64,000 nucleotides of DNA from an uncultured Candidatus Saccharibacteria bacterium (GTDB lineage: Bacteria > Patescibacteriota > Doudnabacteria > UBA920), in assembly GCA_964631145.1 (NCBI GenBank), contig CAZVXT010000001.1, positions 255,151 through 319,150 on the forward strand. The letters run 5' to 3'. Below the pieces are notes generated by a model. The model was not told the origin of the DNA, did not search any database, and was given only the letters and a program-made list of their open reading frames with translations. Shown here one piece after another: positions 1 through 10,100 of this stretch (the first letter of the stretch is position 1; each line of letters starts with the position of its first letter). A program made the position numbers and the translations under genes.

Positions 1-142
1 GTTTTTTAGTTTTTGAAAATCTTAATTCAAAGATTGCTTCGTAATTTTTATGTATAAAGCTGTTCTAGACAAAAACCTATTTTTTGTTATACTGTGAACA
101 TCAAATATTGAATTTTGATGTCAAAACCAAAGGAGGTAGAAT

Positions 143-706
143 ATGAAATTAAAGAAAATGTTGTTATTGCTGTTTGTTGTATTTATTTGCGCTCTGCCTT
201 CTTTGGCAGATGGTGTTGATAAACCCAAAAAAAAGAAAAAATTAGTTAAAAAAACTTCTTTAGTAAAAAATAAAGTAGCTAGTAAAAAAACTGCTAAAAT
301 TGACCGAAGCACTCCAAGACCTGTAGTCGTAGATCCTGACGCTCCGCCAATGATTAAGCCAGTAGATAAGCCTAATTTAATTTTTTTATTAAATTTAGAA
401 CCTCAATTTATTAGATTAAGGTTTGCAAATTACAGCTTGGGTTGGAATGATCAACCAATAGTTTACAAAAAAGAAATTGTAAATGTTAATTTTGAAACTG
501 AAGACTCTATCAATAATCACGTTGATAAAAAATTAGTTCAACAAATATTACAACTTTTACCTGTAAAGTCTATTATCGTAGGTCAAGGAATGTTTAATTT
601 AGAAATGGATTCAAAATTATTTAATAAAAATATTTTGATTTCTATTTTACAAAAAACTTTTCCTGATTATCAAATTAAGGAAGAAAGTGCTAATTATTGG
701 CACTAA
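143..706 (+). CDS. Hypothetical secreted protein with Lys-rich linker
   Basis: 187-aa ORF with an N-terminal signal peptide (…LPSLA|D) and a KKKKK-rich segment. AGGAGG at 131-136; TAGACA-16-TATACT promoter at 66-93. Confidence 0.75.
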   Translation: MKLKKMLLLLFVVFICALPSLADGVDKPKKKKKLVKKTSLVKNKVASKKTAKIDRSTPRPVVVDPDAPPMIKPVDKPNLIFLLNLEPQFIRLRFANYSLGWNDQPIVYKKEIVNVNFETEDSINNHVDKKLVQQILQLLPVKSIIVGQGMFNLEMDSKLFNKNILISILQKTFPDYQIKEESANYWH

Positions 707-757
707 AATTTACCCTAATTAAGGCAAAGGGAGACGCCTTGGGAGATTGGGGTAAAT

Positions 758-786
758 GGCTGGCTTTTATAAAAGCCAGCCTTTTT
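758..786 (+). terminator. Rho-independent terminator
   Basis: GGCTGGCTTTT/AAAAGCCAGCC inverted repeat followed by TTTTT. Confidence 0.85.
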
Positions 787-865
787 ATTAAAATTGACAA
801 AAAATCGATATTTTGGTAAGATTAATTACGATTTATTCAATTGAATTAACTTTTAAAATAAACTC

Positions 866-1033
866 ATGGGAGTACCTAAGAAGCATAAAACCAGAAGCGG
901 TCGTGATCAACGTCGCAGTCATCATGCGCTAGTGGCGGGTCAGGTTGCTAAATGTAGTAACTGTGGAAACCCAACCATGCCTCACCATGCATGTCCAAAC
1001 TGTGGTTTTTATAAAGGACGCAAAGCTATCTAA
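866..1033 (+). CDS. rpmF: 50S ribosomal protein bL32 (Zn-ribbon type)
   Basis: Hand translation: [55 protein letters not shown] (55 aa, two CxxC, CGFYKG). Below the ORF-track cutoff. Confidence 0.97.
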   Translation: MGVPKKHKTRSGRDQRRSHHALVAGQVAKCSNCGNPTMPHHACPNCGFYKGRKAI

Positions 1034-1083
1034 GCTTGGCGTTTTTTATTGACCAAAATTATTTATTTCATTATAATTTTTAC

Positions 1084-1512
1084 ATGGCAAATAGACATTT
1101 ATTAAGAACTGTAGCTCTTCAAGCTTTGTTCGAATGGGACTTTAATAATAAGCAGTTAGAAATTAACGATATCGTAGCTCGAGATTTTTCAGAGTTTGCT
1201 GGTGGTAGTGATGAATTTGAATTTGCTCAAAAATTAGTTGATGGTGTAAAGGAAAATCTAGAGCAGTTAGATGGTTTGATTGTAAAATACGCTCCAGAAT
1301 GGCCCATAGAACAAGTTACGATTATAGATCGTAATGTCTTGAGATTGGGATTTTATGAATTGATATTTAGCAAAGATATTCCGCCAAAAGTAGTAATTAA
1401 CGAAGCTGTAGAAATGGGTAAAAGATTTGGCGGCGATTCTTCTGGTAAATTTGTAAACGGTGTGCTCGGAACTTATTATAAAGAAACTTATAAAGAAGAT
1501 ATTACCATGTAA
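1084..1512 (+). CDS. nusB: Transcription antitermination factor NusB
   Basis: [40 protein letters not shown] motifs. Start moved to ATG 1084, 6 nt after TATAAT. Confidence 0.96.
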   Translation: MANRHLLRTVALQALFEWDFNNKQLEINDIVARDFSEFAGGSDEFEFAQKLVDGVKENLEQLDGLIVKYAPEWPIEQVTIIDRNVLRLGFYELIFSKDIPPKVVINEAVEMGKRFGGDSSGKFVNGVLGTYYKETYKEDITM

Positions 1513-1523
1513 TTTTTTTATAT

Positions 1524-1547
1524 AACCCGCAATTGTGCGGGTTTTTT
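1524..1547 (+). terminator. Rho-independent terminator after nusB
   Basis: AACCCGCA/TGCGGGTT stem plus T tract. Confidence 0.8.
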
Positions 1548-1630
1548 ATTTTAGCCAAAATTTATTTTTATTTAATCTAGCCTTGATTTATTATCAGTCA
1601 TAATCAAATTAAGATTATTAAAATAAATAT

Positions 1631-3793
1631 ATGTATAAATATTTGCTTAGGTTATGCGGGGCAATATCTGTATTGTCCTTAATGCTAGTGAGTTTTCCGT
1701 TTGCTGTTAAGGCGGATAATTTGCCGCTTATAATTTCTGCTGTTCAGATTACAGGAGGTTATGGGCATACCAATGACGACTTTGTTGAGTTATATAATCC
1801 TAATGCTGAACCTGTTAACTTAAATGGTTATCGTTTAGTTAAACGAGCAAGTTTAGGTCAAACTGATACATCAATTAAATCATGGACCTCAGATGTTTTT
1901 ATCCCTGGTTATAGTTTTTATTTGTGGGCAAACTCGAGTTTTTCTACTATTTCTAAAATTCCGGATGTAACTACATCTTCTACACTATCATCTGACAATG
2001 GAGTAGGGTTGAAGTTTGGGGCATTGGACACTGGTAATTTGGTAGATAGTATCTCATGGGGTGCTGCTAATAATGGTTTTGCAAAATCTGGTTTATCTAA
2101 TCCAGCTGGGCTAAAATCTATAATCAGACAAGACTTATTTAATGAGGATGCGTATGTTTTGCAAGATAGTAATCCAAGAAGCTCGAAAGATGTTTATGCT
2201 CCACTAATTTCTACTCCCACACAGCAACAACTAGTTGATAATGCATTGTGTAGTATGGATAATGTAGAAACAAATTTGGTTTCTGGAACAGGCACATCAT
2301 TTAATATTTATTTTGAAAATACAGGAGGGGTAAATTGGAATGAAGGTTATAGAGTAATGCAAAGCCAAGAAGAAGTGTTTAAACTTGATGCACTAGTAGT
2401 TCCTAGTTCTAAAATTACTATCCCAATAACTATAGAAAACAATGTTCCAGTCGGACAGCATTCTTATGAGTGGGGTTTGCAGAATTCTTCTGGGCAGTCT
2501 GTTGGAACCAGCTGTAATTTGGACTTAAATATTAGCAGTAATCCTCTATTAAACACTCCTCCCGAGCAATCTTTGCCTAAGTTAAAAATTCAAAAATTAG
2601 TACCTGGTGATGATAGTGCATCAGGGTATAATATTGCGCAAGTCGAATTATTAAATAATGATACTCAAGATATAGATTTAACAGGATTATTTTTAGATAT
2701 CGCTGAGAATCCATCTTTAGATAGTCCCAGCTTATCGGATAAAGCAATTGCTTTACCAAAATCTGTTATTTTGCAAGGAAAAACTATTGATATTAATTTA
2801 CCAGAAGAATCATTTAATTTAAGTAATAATGAAAAGACATTAATTATTGCTACATCTTCAGGATATCTGATTGATTCTGTTAAGTTTAATGGTGCCAACT
2901 ATATAAAAGACAGTAATTTTGTTTTAACAAATGGAGTTTGGTTATGGGTTCCACCGTCGTCATTGGATTTGGCTCCTAATTATGATAATGATTCGGTGCA
3001 AAACTCTTTACCTGCTAATAGTATTGATTTAAATAATAATGCTCCATCGCCAAATCTAGAAGATTTATCTAAAATAGTGATCTCTGAAGTTTACGCTAGC
3101 CCTACAATAGGCGATAAAGAGTTTTTAGAGTTACATAATATTGGGAGTATTGGTATAAATCTTTCCGTATTGCGTTTGTATATTGGCGATAAGCTTATTA
3201 AATTACCTATTAAAATTATAGAACCTAATCAGTTTTTGGTATTGCAAAAACCAGATGCTACTATAGTTTTACCAAACGGAGGTAAGGATATTGTAATAAA
3301 AGATCAAAATCTGAATATTATTAGCAAATTATCATACCCAAAAACAAATAAAGGACAATCTTATTCTTTAATTAACTCCGTATATAAAATTACTCAAAAG
3401 CCGACCCCAGGATTTGCTAATCAAGAAATTGGCAGCATCAAACAGGCAACCGTCGCATCTGTGATTAAGTCTGAAATTAAAAAATTGCAAGAGAAGGTGA
3501 AGTCTTCGTCAGTCATAAAAAAAGCAGTATCGAATAAAAGTAAAACAATAACTAAAAAAGTGCCTTCTAAGACTTCAGTCAAGCTTCAATCAACTACACA
3601 AAACGAAACCAATACTGGTACGGAAAATAAAGCTAATAGTATGGACATTGAAAATGATTTCAATAGCTTGGAAGCGTCGAATACAAATAAAGAAGCTTCT
3701 GGACCTTGGCAAGTAATAGTTTTGGGTGCTGCTGCTGTTTTGGCAGGAGGCGCAGGTATCTATAAATATTTTATTTCCAACTTGCCGATTTAG
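1631..3793 (+). CDS. Lamin-tail-domain surface protein with C-terminal membrane anchor
   Basis: Signal peptide; LTD-like motifs (IISAVQ…DFVELYNP…VNLNGY, VISEVY…EFLELHN…PTPG); C-terminal TM helix. Confidence 0.8.
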   Translation: MYKYLLRLCGAISVLSLMLVSFPFAVKADNLPLIISAVQITGGYGHTNDDFVELYNPNAEPVNLNGYRLVKRASLGQTDTSIKSWTSDVFIPGYSFYLWANSSFSTISKIPDVTTSSTLSSDNGVGLKFGALDTGNLVDSISWGAANNGFAKSGLSNPAGLKSIIRQDLFNEDAYVLQDSNPRSSKDVYAPLISTPTQQQLVDNALCSMDNVETNLVSGTGTSFNIYFENTGGVNWNEGYRVMQSQEEVFKLDALVVPSSKITIPITIENNVPVGQHSYEWGLQNSSGQSVGTSCNLDLNISSNPLLNTPPEQSLPKLKIQKLVPGDDSASGYNIAQVELLNNDTQDIDLTGLFLDIAENPSLDSPSLSDKAIALPKSVILQGKTIDINLPEESFNLSNNEKTLIIATSSGYLIDSVKFNGANYIKDSNFVLTNGVWLWVPPSSLDLAPNYDNDSVQNSLPANSIDLNNNAPSPNLEDLSKIVISEVYASPTIGDKEFLELHNIGSIGINLSVLRLYIGDKLIKLPIKIIEPNQFLVLQKPDATIVLPNGGKDIVIKDQNLNIISKLSYPKTNKGQSYSLINSVYKITQKPTPGFANQEIGSIKQATVASVIKSEIKKLQEKVKSSSVIKKAVSNKSKTITKKVPSKTSVKLQSTTQNETNTGTENKANSMDIENDFNSLEASNTNKEASGPWQVIVLGAAAVLAGGAGIYKYFISNLPI

Positions 3794-3865
3794 TAATTAT
3801 TTTAGATTAATTTAAAAGGTAAAAATCTTTTAAATTCTTAATAAAAATGCTATAATGGATACACT

Positions 3866-3955
3866 ATGCTTAGTTTATTCAAAAAAACCTGGAATAGCAT
3901 AGAAATTGCTATAGCTTTTATCATTAACAGTATTGGCAATATCTTTTTTGGGTAA
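3866..3955 (+). CDS. Putative 29-aa upstream peptide before HU
   Basis: MLSLFKKTWNSIEIAIAFIINSIGNIFFG. Starts 9 nt after TGcTATAAT and stops 5 nt before the HU ATG. Confidence 0.4.
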   Translation: MLSLFKKTWNSIEIAIAFIINSIGNIFFG

Positions 3956-3960
3956 TATTT

Positions 3961-4263
3961 ATGGCTATAAATAAATCACAATTCATAGAATTACTAGCGG
4001 CTAAATTAGCGATAACATATACAGAAGCCGAGCGTATGATTAATTCTTTCACATCCTTAATTTATGAACAGTTAAGAAATGGTGAAAAAGTTAATATTAC
4101 AGGGTTTGGACAGTTTAGTGTTTCTCATCGTGCTCCTAGAATTGGAGTAAATCCAAGAAACCCTTCACAAAAAATTACAATACCAGAGTTGAATGTACCA
4201 AAGTTTAAGGCAGGAGAAGCTTTTAAGGAAGCTGTAAAACTCAGAAAATCTAATAATGTTTAA
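3961..4263 (+). CDS. hup: HU family DNA-binding protein
   Basis: NKSQFIE, GFGQFSV, R.GVNPRNP, PKFKAG..FKEAV motifs. Confidence 0.95.
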   Translation: MAINKSQFIELLAAKLAITYTEAERMINSFTSLIYEQLRNGEKVNITGFGQFSVSHRAPRIGVNPRNPSQKITIPELNVPKFKAGEAFKEAVKLRKSNNV

Positions 4264-4297
4264 AATTAAAGACCGCATTTGATGCGGTCTTTAATTT
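4263..4297. terminator. Bidirectional terminator
   Basis: AAATTAAAGACCGCAT/ATGCGGTCTTTAATTT inverted repeat between convergent genes. Confidence 0.85.
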
Positions 4298-4328
4298 AGT
4301 ATCAGTACAAAAAATTTAGACAATTTTT

Positions 4329-5402
4329 TTATTGTATTTTGAGGTCATTTTCGGGATAATCTAGATTTCGATTGTGATCTTTGTAATCCAAATTTGAATT
4401 GCTGCAAGTTGCTCCTTCAGGGCATTCAAAATTAGTCTCTCCGTCATCATATCTACAGCCATCATAGTCGATTGAACAATCCATATCTGGGTTATAGTTA
4501 CAACCAATTCTATCTTTTGAACAATGTGTTCCTGAATTATTGTTAAGTATTTCTGAAGCAAAAGAGTAGGATGCAAATACTCCAAAACCAACTAAAATAA
4601 TACCACCAATAACTGCTGCTATTTGGTAATACCAAACACCTCTAGAAGTTGGTAGTGCAGCTGGTCCAGTATTTTTTACATCATTATATATAATATACAT
4701 AAAGATCATGTATAGTGGGGCAAAAATGATCATAAGCGGACTGTAATACATGCCTGTGGTGAGGATGGCTAAGATCCATACGATTGCAAATCCAATAAAA
4801 AGGAAAAATAAATTCCACCATCTTCCTCTTACTAAGTCGCGGCTTGCTCTTACAGATTCCCATGTGGATTTGTTTTCTAATACAGCTATAAAGATAACAA
4901 ATGTAAGGCTAATGCCAAAAATAATTGCAGGGATTAAGAAGAGGGCGTATCCACCAATTATAATTAGAAACAAAATACCAATAGTTGGAAATAATCTTTT
5001 TACATCAGGCTTGGATTCTAGTAATAGATCTTTGATCGATTTGTCTTCGTTATTGGCTGCAAGATATTTGATGGAGGCTATCATCTGCCAAGAAATGGCT
5101 ACAAACAAAACAAATGCTCCATAAATAAGTAATAATGAAATGATTATCGCAGTAGCAATTTTCATATTTAAGATAGAAAAGATTGCAGCTAATAATACAG
5201 CTGGTATACCGCCAACTATAACAAACATAACCGCGATAACTAAGGTAATAATATTTATACCTAATAGGTTCCAAACTTTTGTTTTAGCTAAGCTCCAAGT
5301 TTGACTTAATATGTCGTAAAGCTGGATTTTTTTAACCGGAGCAAGAGTATTTTGAACCTGGGGTTCTTGGCTTGCCATGGTTTTTGTTGATTCTTCTGCC
5401 AT
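4329..5402 (-). CDS. Multi-pass membrane protein (GDPD membrane-domain-like) with Cys-rich C-terminal tail
   Basis: Several TM helices; 'SRDLVRGRWW' motif typical of this membrane family; six Cys in an acidic C-terminus. Confidence 0.7.
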   Translation of the reverse strand: MAEESTKTMASQEPQVQNTLAPVKKIQLYDILSQTWSLAKTKVWNLLGINIITLVIAVMFVIVGGIPAVLLAAIFSILNMKIATAIIISLLLIYGAFVLFVAISWQMIASIKYLAANNEDKSIKDLLLESKPDVKRLFPTIGILFLIIIGGYALFLIPAIIFGISLTFVIFIAVLENKSTWESVRASRDLVRGRWWNLFFLFIGFAIVWILAILTTGMYYSPLMIIFAPLYMIFMYIIYNDVKNTGPAALPTSRGVWYYQIAAVIGGIILVGFGVFASYSFASEILNNNSGTHCSKDRIGCNYNPDMDCSIDYDGCRYDDGETNFECPEGATCSNSNLDYKDHNRNLDYPENDLKIQ

Positions 5403-5494
5403 TTGATAGATTGTTTATTAATTATTTTTATTATACAACATTTGATATGTATTCATCAATAATAAAACACCAGTTCGTCTGGTGTGTTATTATT

Positions 5495-5569
5495 TGGAGC
5501 GGGTAAGGGGAATCGAACCCCTATCATCAGTTTGGAAAACTGAGATAATAACCATTATACGATACCCGC
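5495..5569 (-). tRNA. tRNA-Gly(TCC)
   Basis: Cloverleaf GCGGGTA…TACCCGC-T-CCA; anticodon loop TTTCCAA; TTCGATT T-loop. Confidence 0.95.
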
Positions 5570-5687
5570 TAGTTTTTTTTACTTACTAAGTATATCAGCG
5601 ATTTTATTACTTTTCAAGGTGAAATGTCTAAGGCTATTGAAATAAAATTAAATAATTGTTATTATTGGTGAAATTATAGGAGGTTGT

Positions 5688-6172
5688 ATGAAAAATTTTG
5701 CATTGTGTCATTTGCCCAGAAATTCCTTGACTCGAGAATTAAATAATCCAAATTCAATGACTATGAAGTTTTTAAAGAAATTTTATGATCGGATGAATAG
5801 TTTAGTAGAATATTTTAGTCCTAAAGACCAAGAAAATGAAATTATGTTTGAGTTAGAGGTTAGAAGTGGTTTAAACAAAGTTTCTTATGAGTATGACGGT
5901 TTTGGGTATAAGTCTAAAATAGGTGCGTATCCTCCACATGTAAAATTGGGGTGGTGGGTAGCGAGAATGCATATTGTTATATACGATGATGATATTGCTA
6001 CTGAAAAAAAGAGTATAATTGGTATTTCTATATAAAAGAATTTGATATACACGGTAAATTAGCAAATAAGAAAATATCAGAAATGCTTAAGTTATTGAAA
6101 ATATTAAATATTAAACCAGAACCAGAATCTATAACTAAATTGGATAAAGCGATTGAAGTTTTGATTACATAA
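5688..6172 (+). CDS. Hypothetical protein; 115 aa in frame 0, about 161 aa if shifted -1 at A-AAA-AAG
   Basis: AGGAGG at 5678-5683 and own promoter. Frame 0 stops at 6035; the -1 frame is open from the A7 run (6004-6010) to TAA 6172. Confidence 0.6.
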
Positions 6173-6242
6173 ATATGTAAATTGTTATAAGAGCGTTTAG
6201 CTCTTTTTTATTTTAAAACCGCCCAGTTAGGCGGTTTTTATG

Positions 6243-6319
6243 TGGTCGGGAACCCGGGACTCGAACCCGGAACCTCTCGGTCCCAAACCGAGTGCTCTAG
6301 CCAATTGAGCCAGTTCCCG
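6243..6319 (-). tRNA. tRNA-Pro(TGG)
   Basis: CGGGAAC…GTTCCCG-A-CCA; anticodon arm CTCGG-TTTGGGA-CCGAG. Confidence 0.96.
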
Positions 6320-6528
6320 TAACTTCAAAAGTAATAATATAACTATGTTATTATAACCAATTTTATAAATTTTGGCAATGGTTATTAATTTTTATCGTAT
6401 ACTCTAGCAGTGCCAACCCTTTTGGGATTTACTAATTCTGTAATAAATATGAAATATTAATCTTATTTCTATGTATTAATCTAGAATTTAGCCATTATTA
6501 AATGACTAAATATTAACCCTTAAAATGA

Positions 6529-6557
6529 TTGACATATATTTAAGAGTGTCTTATAAT
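6529..6557 (+). promoter_or_regulatory. Consensus sigma70 promoter upstream of the S-layer-like gene
   Basis: TTGACA-17 nt-TATAAT, exact consensus. Confidence 0.8.
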
Positions 6558-6731
6558 GTACCTAAATATGAGTAGTTGGAACACCCATCATAAAAATTCA
6601 ATAAAATCAGCCTTTTTAGCCAAATAACGCAAAAGTTATTGGTTATTTATAGTAGGCTGATTTTTTTCGTGTCCTAAACCACTTATATCTGTAACATCTT
6701 AAAATATAAAGCGTCTATATAACTGAACCGT

Positions 6732-7152
6732 TAACAAAGCCTCAAAATTTGGCTCAAAGATTTTGAACCAAATTTTGAGTAGTTGTTACTCGCAGAATAT
6801 AGTAGAAAGTTTTTACAATCTAATTATTGACCCATTCTTTAAATTCACTATAAAAGGTGTCTATTAATATAATTACCCGCTAAAGTTTGCTTTTAGTAAA
6901 CAGTAGTGGGGGAAAGACTTCTTGGTCGAACTTTTGTAGCAAATGGTTTGAGAATGGACTATCAATAGTCGGCCTATATTTAAAGTCCGGTTTAGCGAAC
7001 TCTAGAGCGCTAGGCTAGTACGATAAAATAGTTCGTTAAAATCAATTAATTATTTTCTAAAAATTTGATTGTCTCAATTGAATAATCAATTTTGCTTACC
7101 TCTCTTTTGTCAGATAATGAACACAAGATAGAACTAGGCATCAATTTTAGAA
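6732..7152 (+). ncRNA. Highly structured 5' leader or candidate ncRNA upstream of the S-layer-like gene
   Basis: Nested inverted repeats: 6741-6752/6768-6779; CCATTCT/AGAATGG enclosing CCCGCTA/TAGTGGG; TTAGCGAACT/AGTTCGTTAA; TTCTAAAA…GAT/ATC…TTTTAGAA. Confidence 0.55.
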
Positions 7153-7165
7153 AATGGAGTTCTAA

Positions 7166-10100
7166 ATGAATTTAATTAAAAAAGTTGCTGTTAGCTTGTC
7201 TTCAGTAGCTATGGTTGCTGCCATGGCCTTTGTACCTGCTGCGGCTTCTGCTGCAACTCCTGGTGAAGTATACAAGACCACTGATGGTACTGTATGGTTT
7301 ATTACCAGCGATATGCAAAAGCGTCCTTTCACTTCCGCTGGCGCTTTCTTGAGCTATGGCTTCTTGTCTTGGTCTCAAGTTAAGTCTGCTGACGCAAGTG
7401 TTACCGCTCTTCCTACAGGTGCGTTTATCGCTCCTCAAGATGGTACAGTTTTCTGTGCTACCGAAACCAAAGGAACTGACGTAAAAGGTGAATGTTCTTT
7501 AGTAACTGGCGGTCAAAAAGCTGCTTTTACTTCTGCTGACGTTTTCACTGGTCTTGGTTTCTCTTTTGCTCGTGCACAATACGGTGATTCTTCTTTCTTA
7601 AGCAAAACTACTAACGTAGCTTCTGCTTCTGAAGCACACCGCACTGGTGTATTAGTAAACAACGCTGGAACAGTTCAATTAGTATGGAATGGTGCTCTAT
7701 GTGGCGTTCCTTCAATTGACGTGTTCAACTCTTGGGGTTACAGCTTTGCAAATGCTGTAACTGCAAACGCTGCTGACAAAGCTATGACACAATCTAGTGT
7801 TATGGTTGGTCGCACAGCTGGACAATTGGTTCCAACTTGTTCAAACAACCCAGCTCCAACTGGTCCTGTAACTGCTGCTTTAGCATTTGACAACCCAGCT
7901 GCTGGAACTGTAGTAACTAACCAAGCTGCTGCAGACTTAGCAAAAATCACCTTCACTGGTTCTGGTACCGTAACTGGTTTAACCTTCCAAAGAATTGGTG
8001 TTTCTGCTGATACTTCTTTGAGCAATGTTTACTTGTTCGATGGTGCTACTCGTTTGACTGATGCATCTTCTGTATCTTCTGGTAGCATGATCAACTTCTC
8101 TAATGGTGCTGGTTTATTCACTGTAAGTGGTTCCCGCACTATTACCGTAAAATCTGACTTAAACGCTGTTAGCGGTGAAACCGTTGGTGTTAAGTTGGTT
8201 AGCGGTACTTTAGCAGGTAGCTCTAGTCTTGCAGGTGTACCATTAAATGGTAACTTGATGACTGTTGCTGGTGCTACATTGGCTGGTGTTTCTTTTGGTG
8301 CAGTAACTCCAAGTTCTGCAACAATCGATCCTGCTAAGGATGTAGTAGTATGGCAAAGCACTGCTACTGTTTCTACTCGCGACGTATGGTTAGACCGTTT
8401 GGCATTACGCGAAATTGGTTCAATCAACTACAGCGATATCAATAACTTCCGTTTGATGGTTGACGGTACAACTGTTGCAACAACATCTAACTTAGATAGC
8501 AATGGTTATGTAACCTTCTCACCTGCATCTCCAGTTAAATTAACTTCTGGTGCTCGTGTGATTAAAGTAGTCGCTGACATTGTTGGTGGTTCTACTCGTA
8601 CAGCTACATTCTCTATCAGACAAAAAGCTGACTTAGGTCTACGTGATAGTCAATATAATGTTGGTATCGCAACCGCTACAGCTACTCCTATCGCAGCTGG
8701 TACATTAACTATCTCTACTGGTAGCGTAACTGTACAAAAAGCTTCTGATTCTCCATCTACTGACGTAACTTTGGGTGGTAATGATGTTCTTCTTGGTAAG
8801 TACACTTTAACCGCTTATGGTGAAGCAGTTAAGATTGAAACTCTAAGTGTTCAAGCTGTAATGGGTGTTAACGGTACTGCTGCTACAACTATTCGTAACG
8901 GTCGTATCTTAATTGGTGGTACTCAATACGGTTCTACCACAAACATGTCTACTGCTGCTGGTACTAGCTACACTGTTAATTACACAGTACAACCTGGTAC
9001 TCCTGTAACCTTAGAAGTTCGTGGTGATATCAAAAATGGTACTGGTGCTGACTTAAATGCAAACGATACCATTTTGGCTCGTATTAAAGCTGGTACCAAC
9101 AATGGTCAAGCTCAAGTATCTGGATCTACTATCAATGTTCCAACTACTGATGTAGATGCTAATACTCGTACAGTAAAGAGCGGTTCTATTAGCTTAGCTA
9201 AGACCTCTACTTACACAAACCAAACCACAACTGTTCCTCAAACTGCATACAAGATCGCTTCTTACCAGTTAACTGGTTCTAGCATCGAAGATGTAAACGT
9301 AAATACCATTTCTATGGATTTTGCAGCAGTTGCTGGTACTACCTTTACTTCTGCTGACATGACCAATGTCTACGCTATGTATAATGGTGAAAGACTAACA
9401 ACCAAGAGCACAATTTCTGCTTCTGGTAACACTTGGTCAATTTCTAAGACCTTGCCAGCTAATGGCACTGCTACAGTTGATATCTACGGTGACGTAGGTA
9501 CTGTAATCACCGCTGCTGATTCAGCACGCGCTACAGTAACTGTTAGCGGTACAACCGTTAACTCTGCACAATCTGTAACAAGTGGTGCAGTTACAGGTCA
9601 AACCATCTTGATTGGTAGCTCTTCAGTAGCTGCTACTAAAGATGCTTCATCTCCAGTAGCTTCTAACTTAGACGATACTGGTACTGTTACTGCAGCTGCA
9701 TTCAAGTTTGCTGCAACTAACGATAGCTACACTATTAGCCAAATCGACGTTAAGTTTGCTGCTGCTCCAACTACAGTTTCAACTGTATCTTTGGAAGACA
9801 GCAATGGTAATGCAATTGGTTCTCCAAAACCAGCTGCTGGTACTGTAAGCTTCGGTGGTTTGTCTGTAATGGTCCCAGCTAACGACACTGCAGGTAAGAT
9901 TGTTCGTGTTAAACTTACTCTTTCTACTGTAGGTCCATCTGCTGGTACTTCTGGCGAAGATGTAACTGTTACTTTGGATGGCTTTAACGCTGTAAGCGCT
10001 AATGGTACATCTGGTAACAGCACAACTGACGTAGCTGCTAATGGTATGTATGTCTTCAAGTCATTACCAACCATTACTAACGTTAACTTGCCAACAACTT

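Noticed and set aside
721-745. c-di-GMP-I riboswitch (GGCAAA…GACGC words)
   Set aside because: Lacks the GNRA-capped stem and receptor helix, and lies 3' of a gene with no downstream ORF to control.
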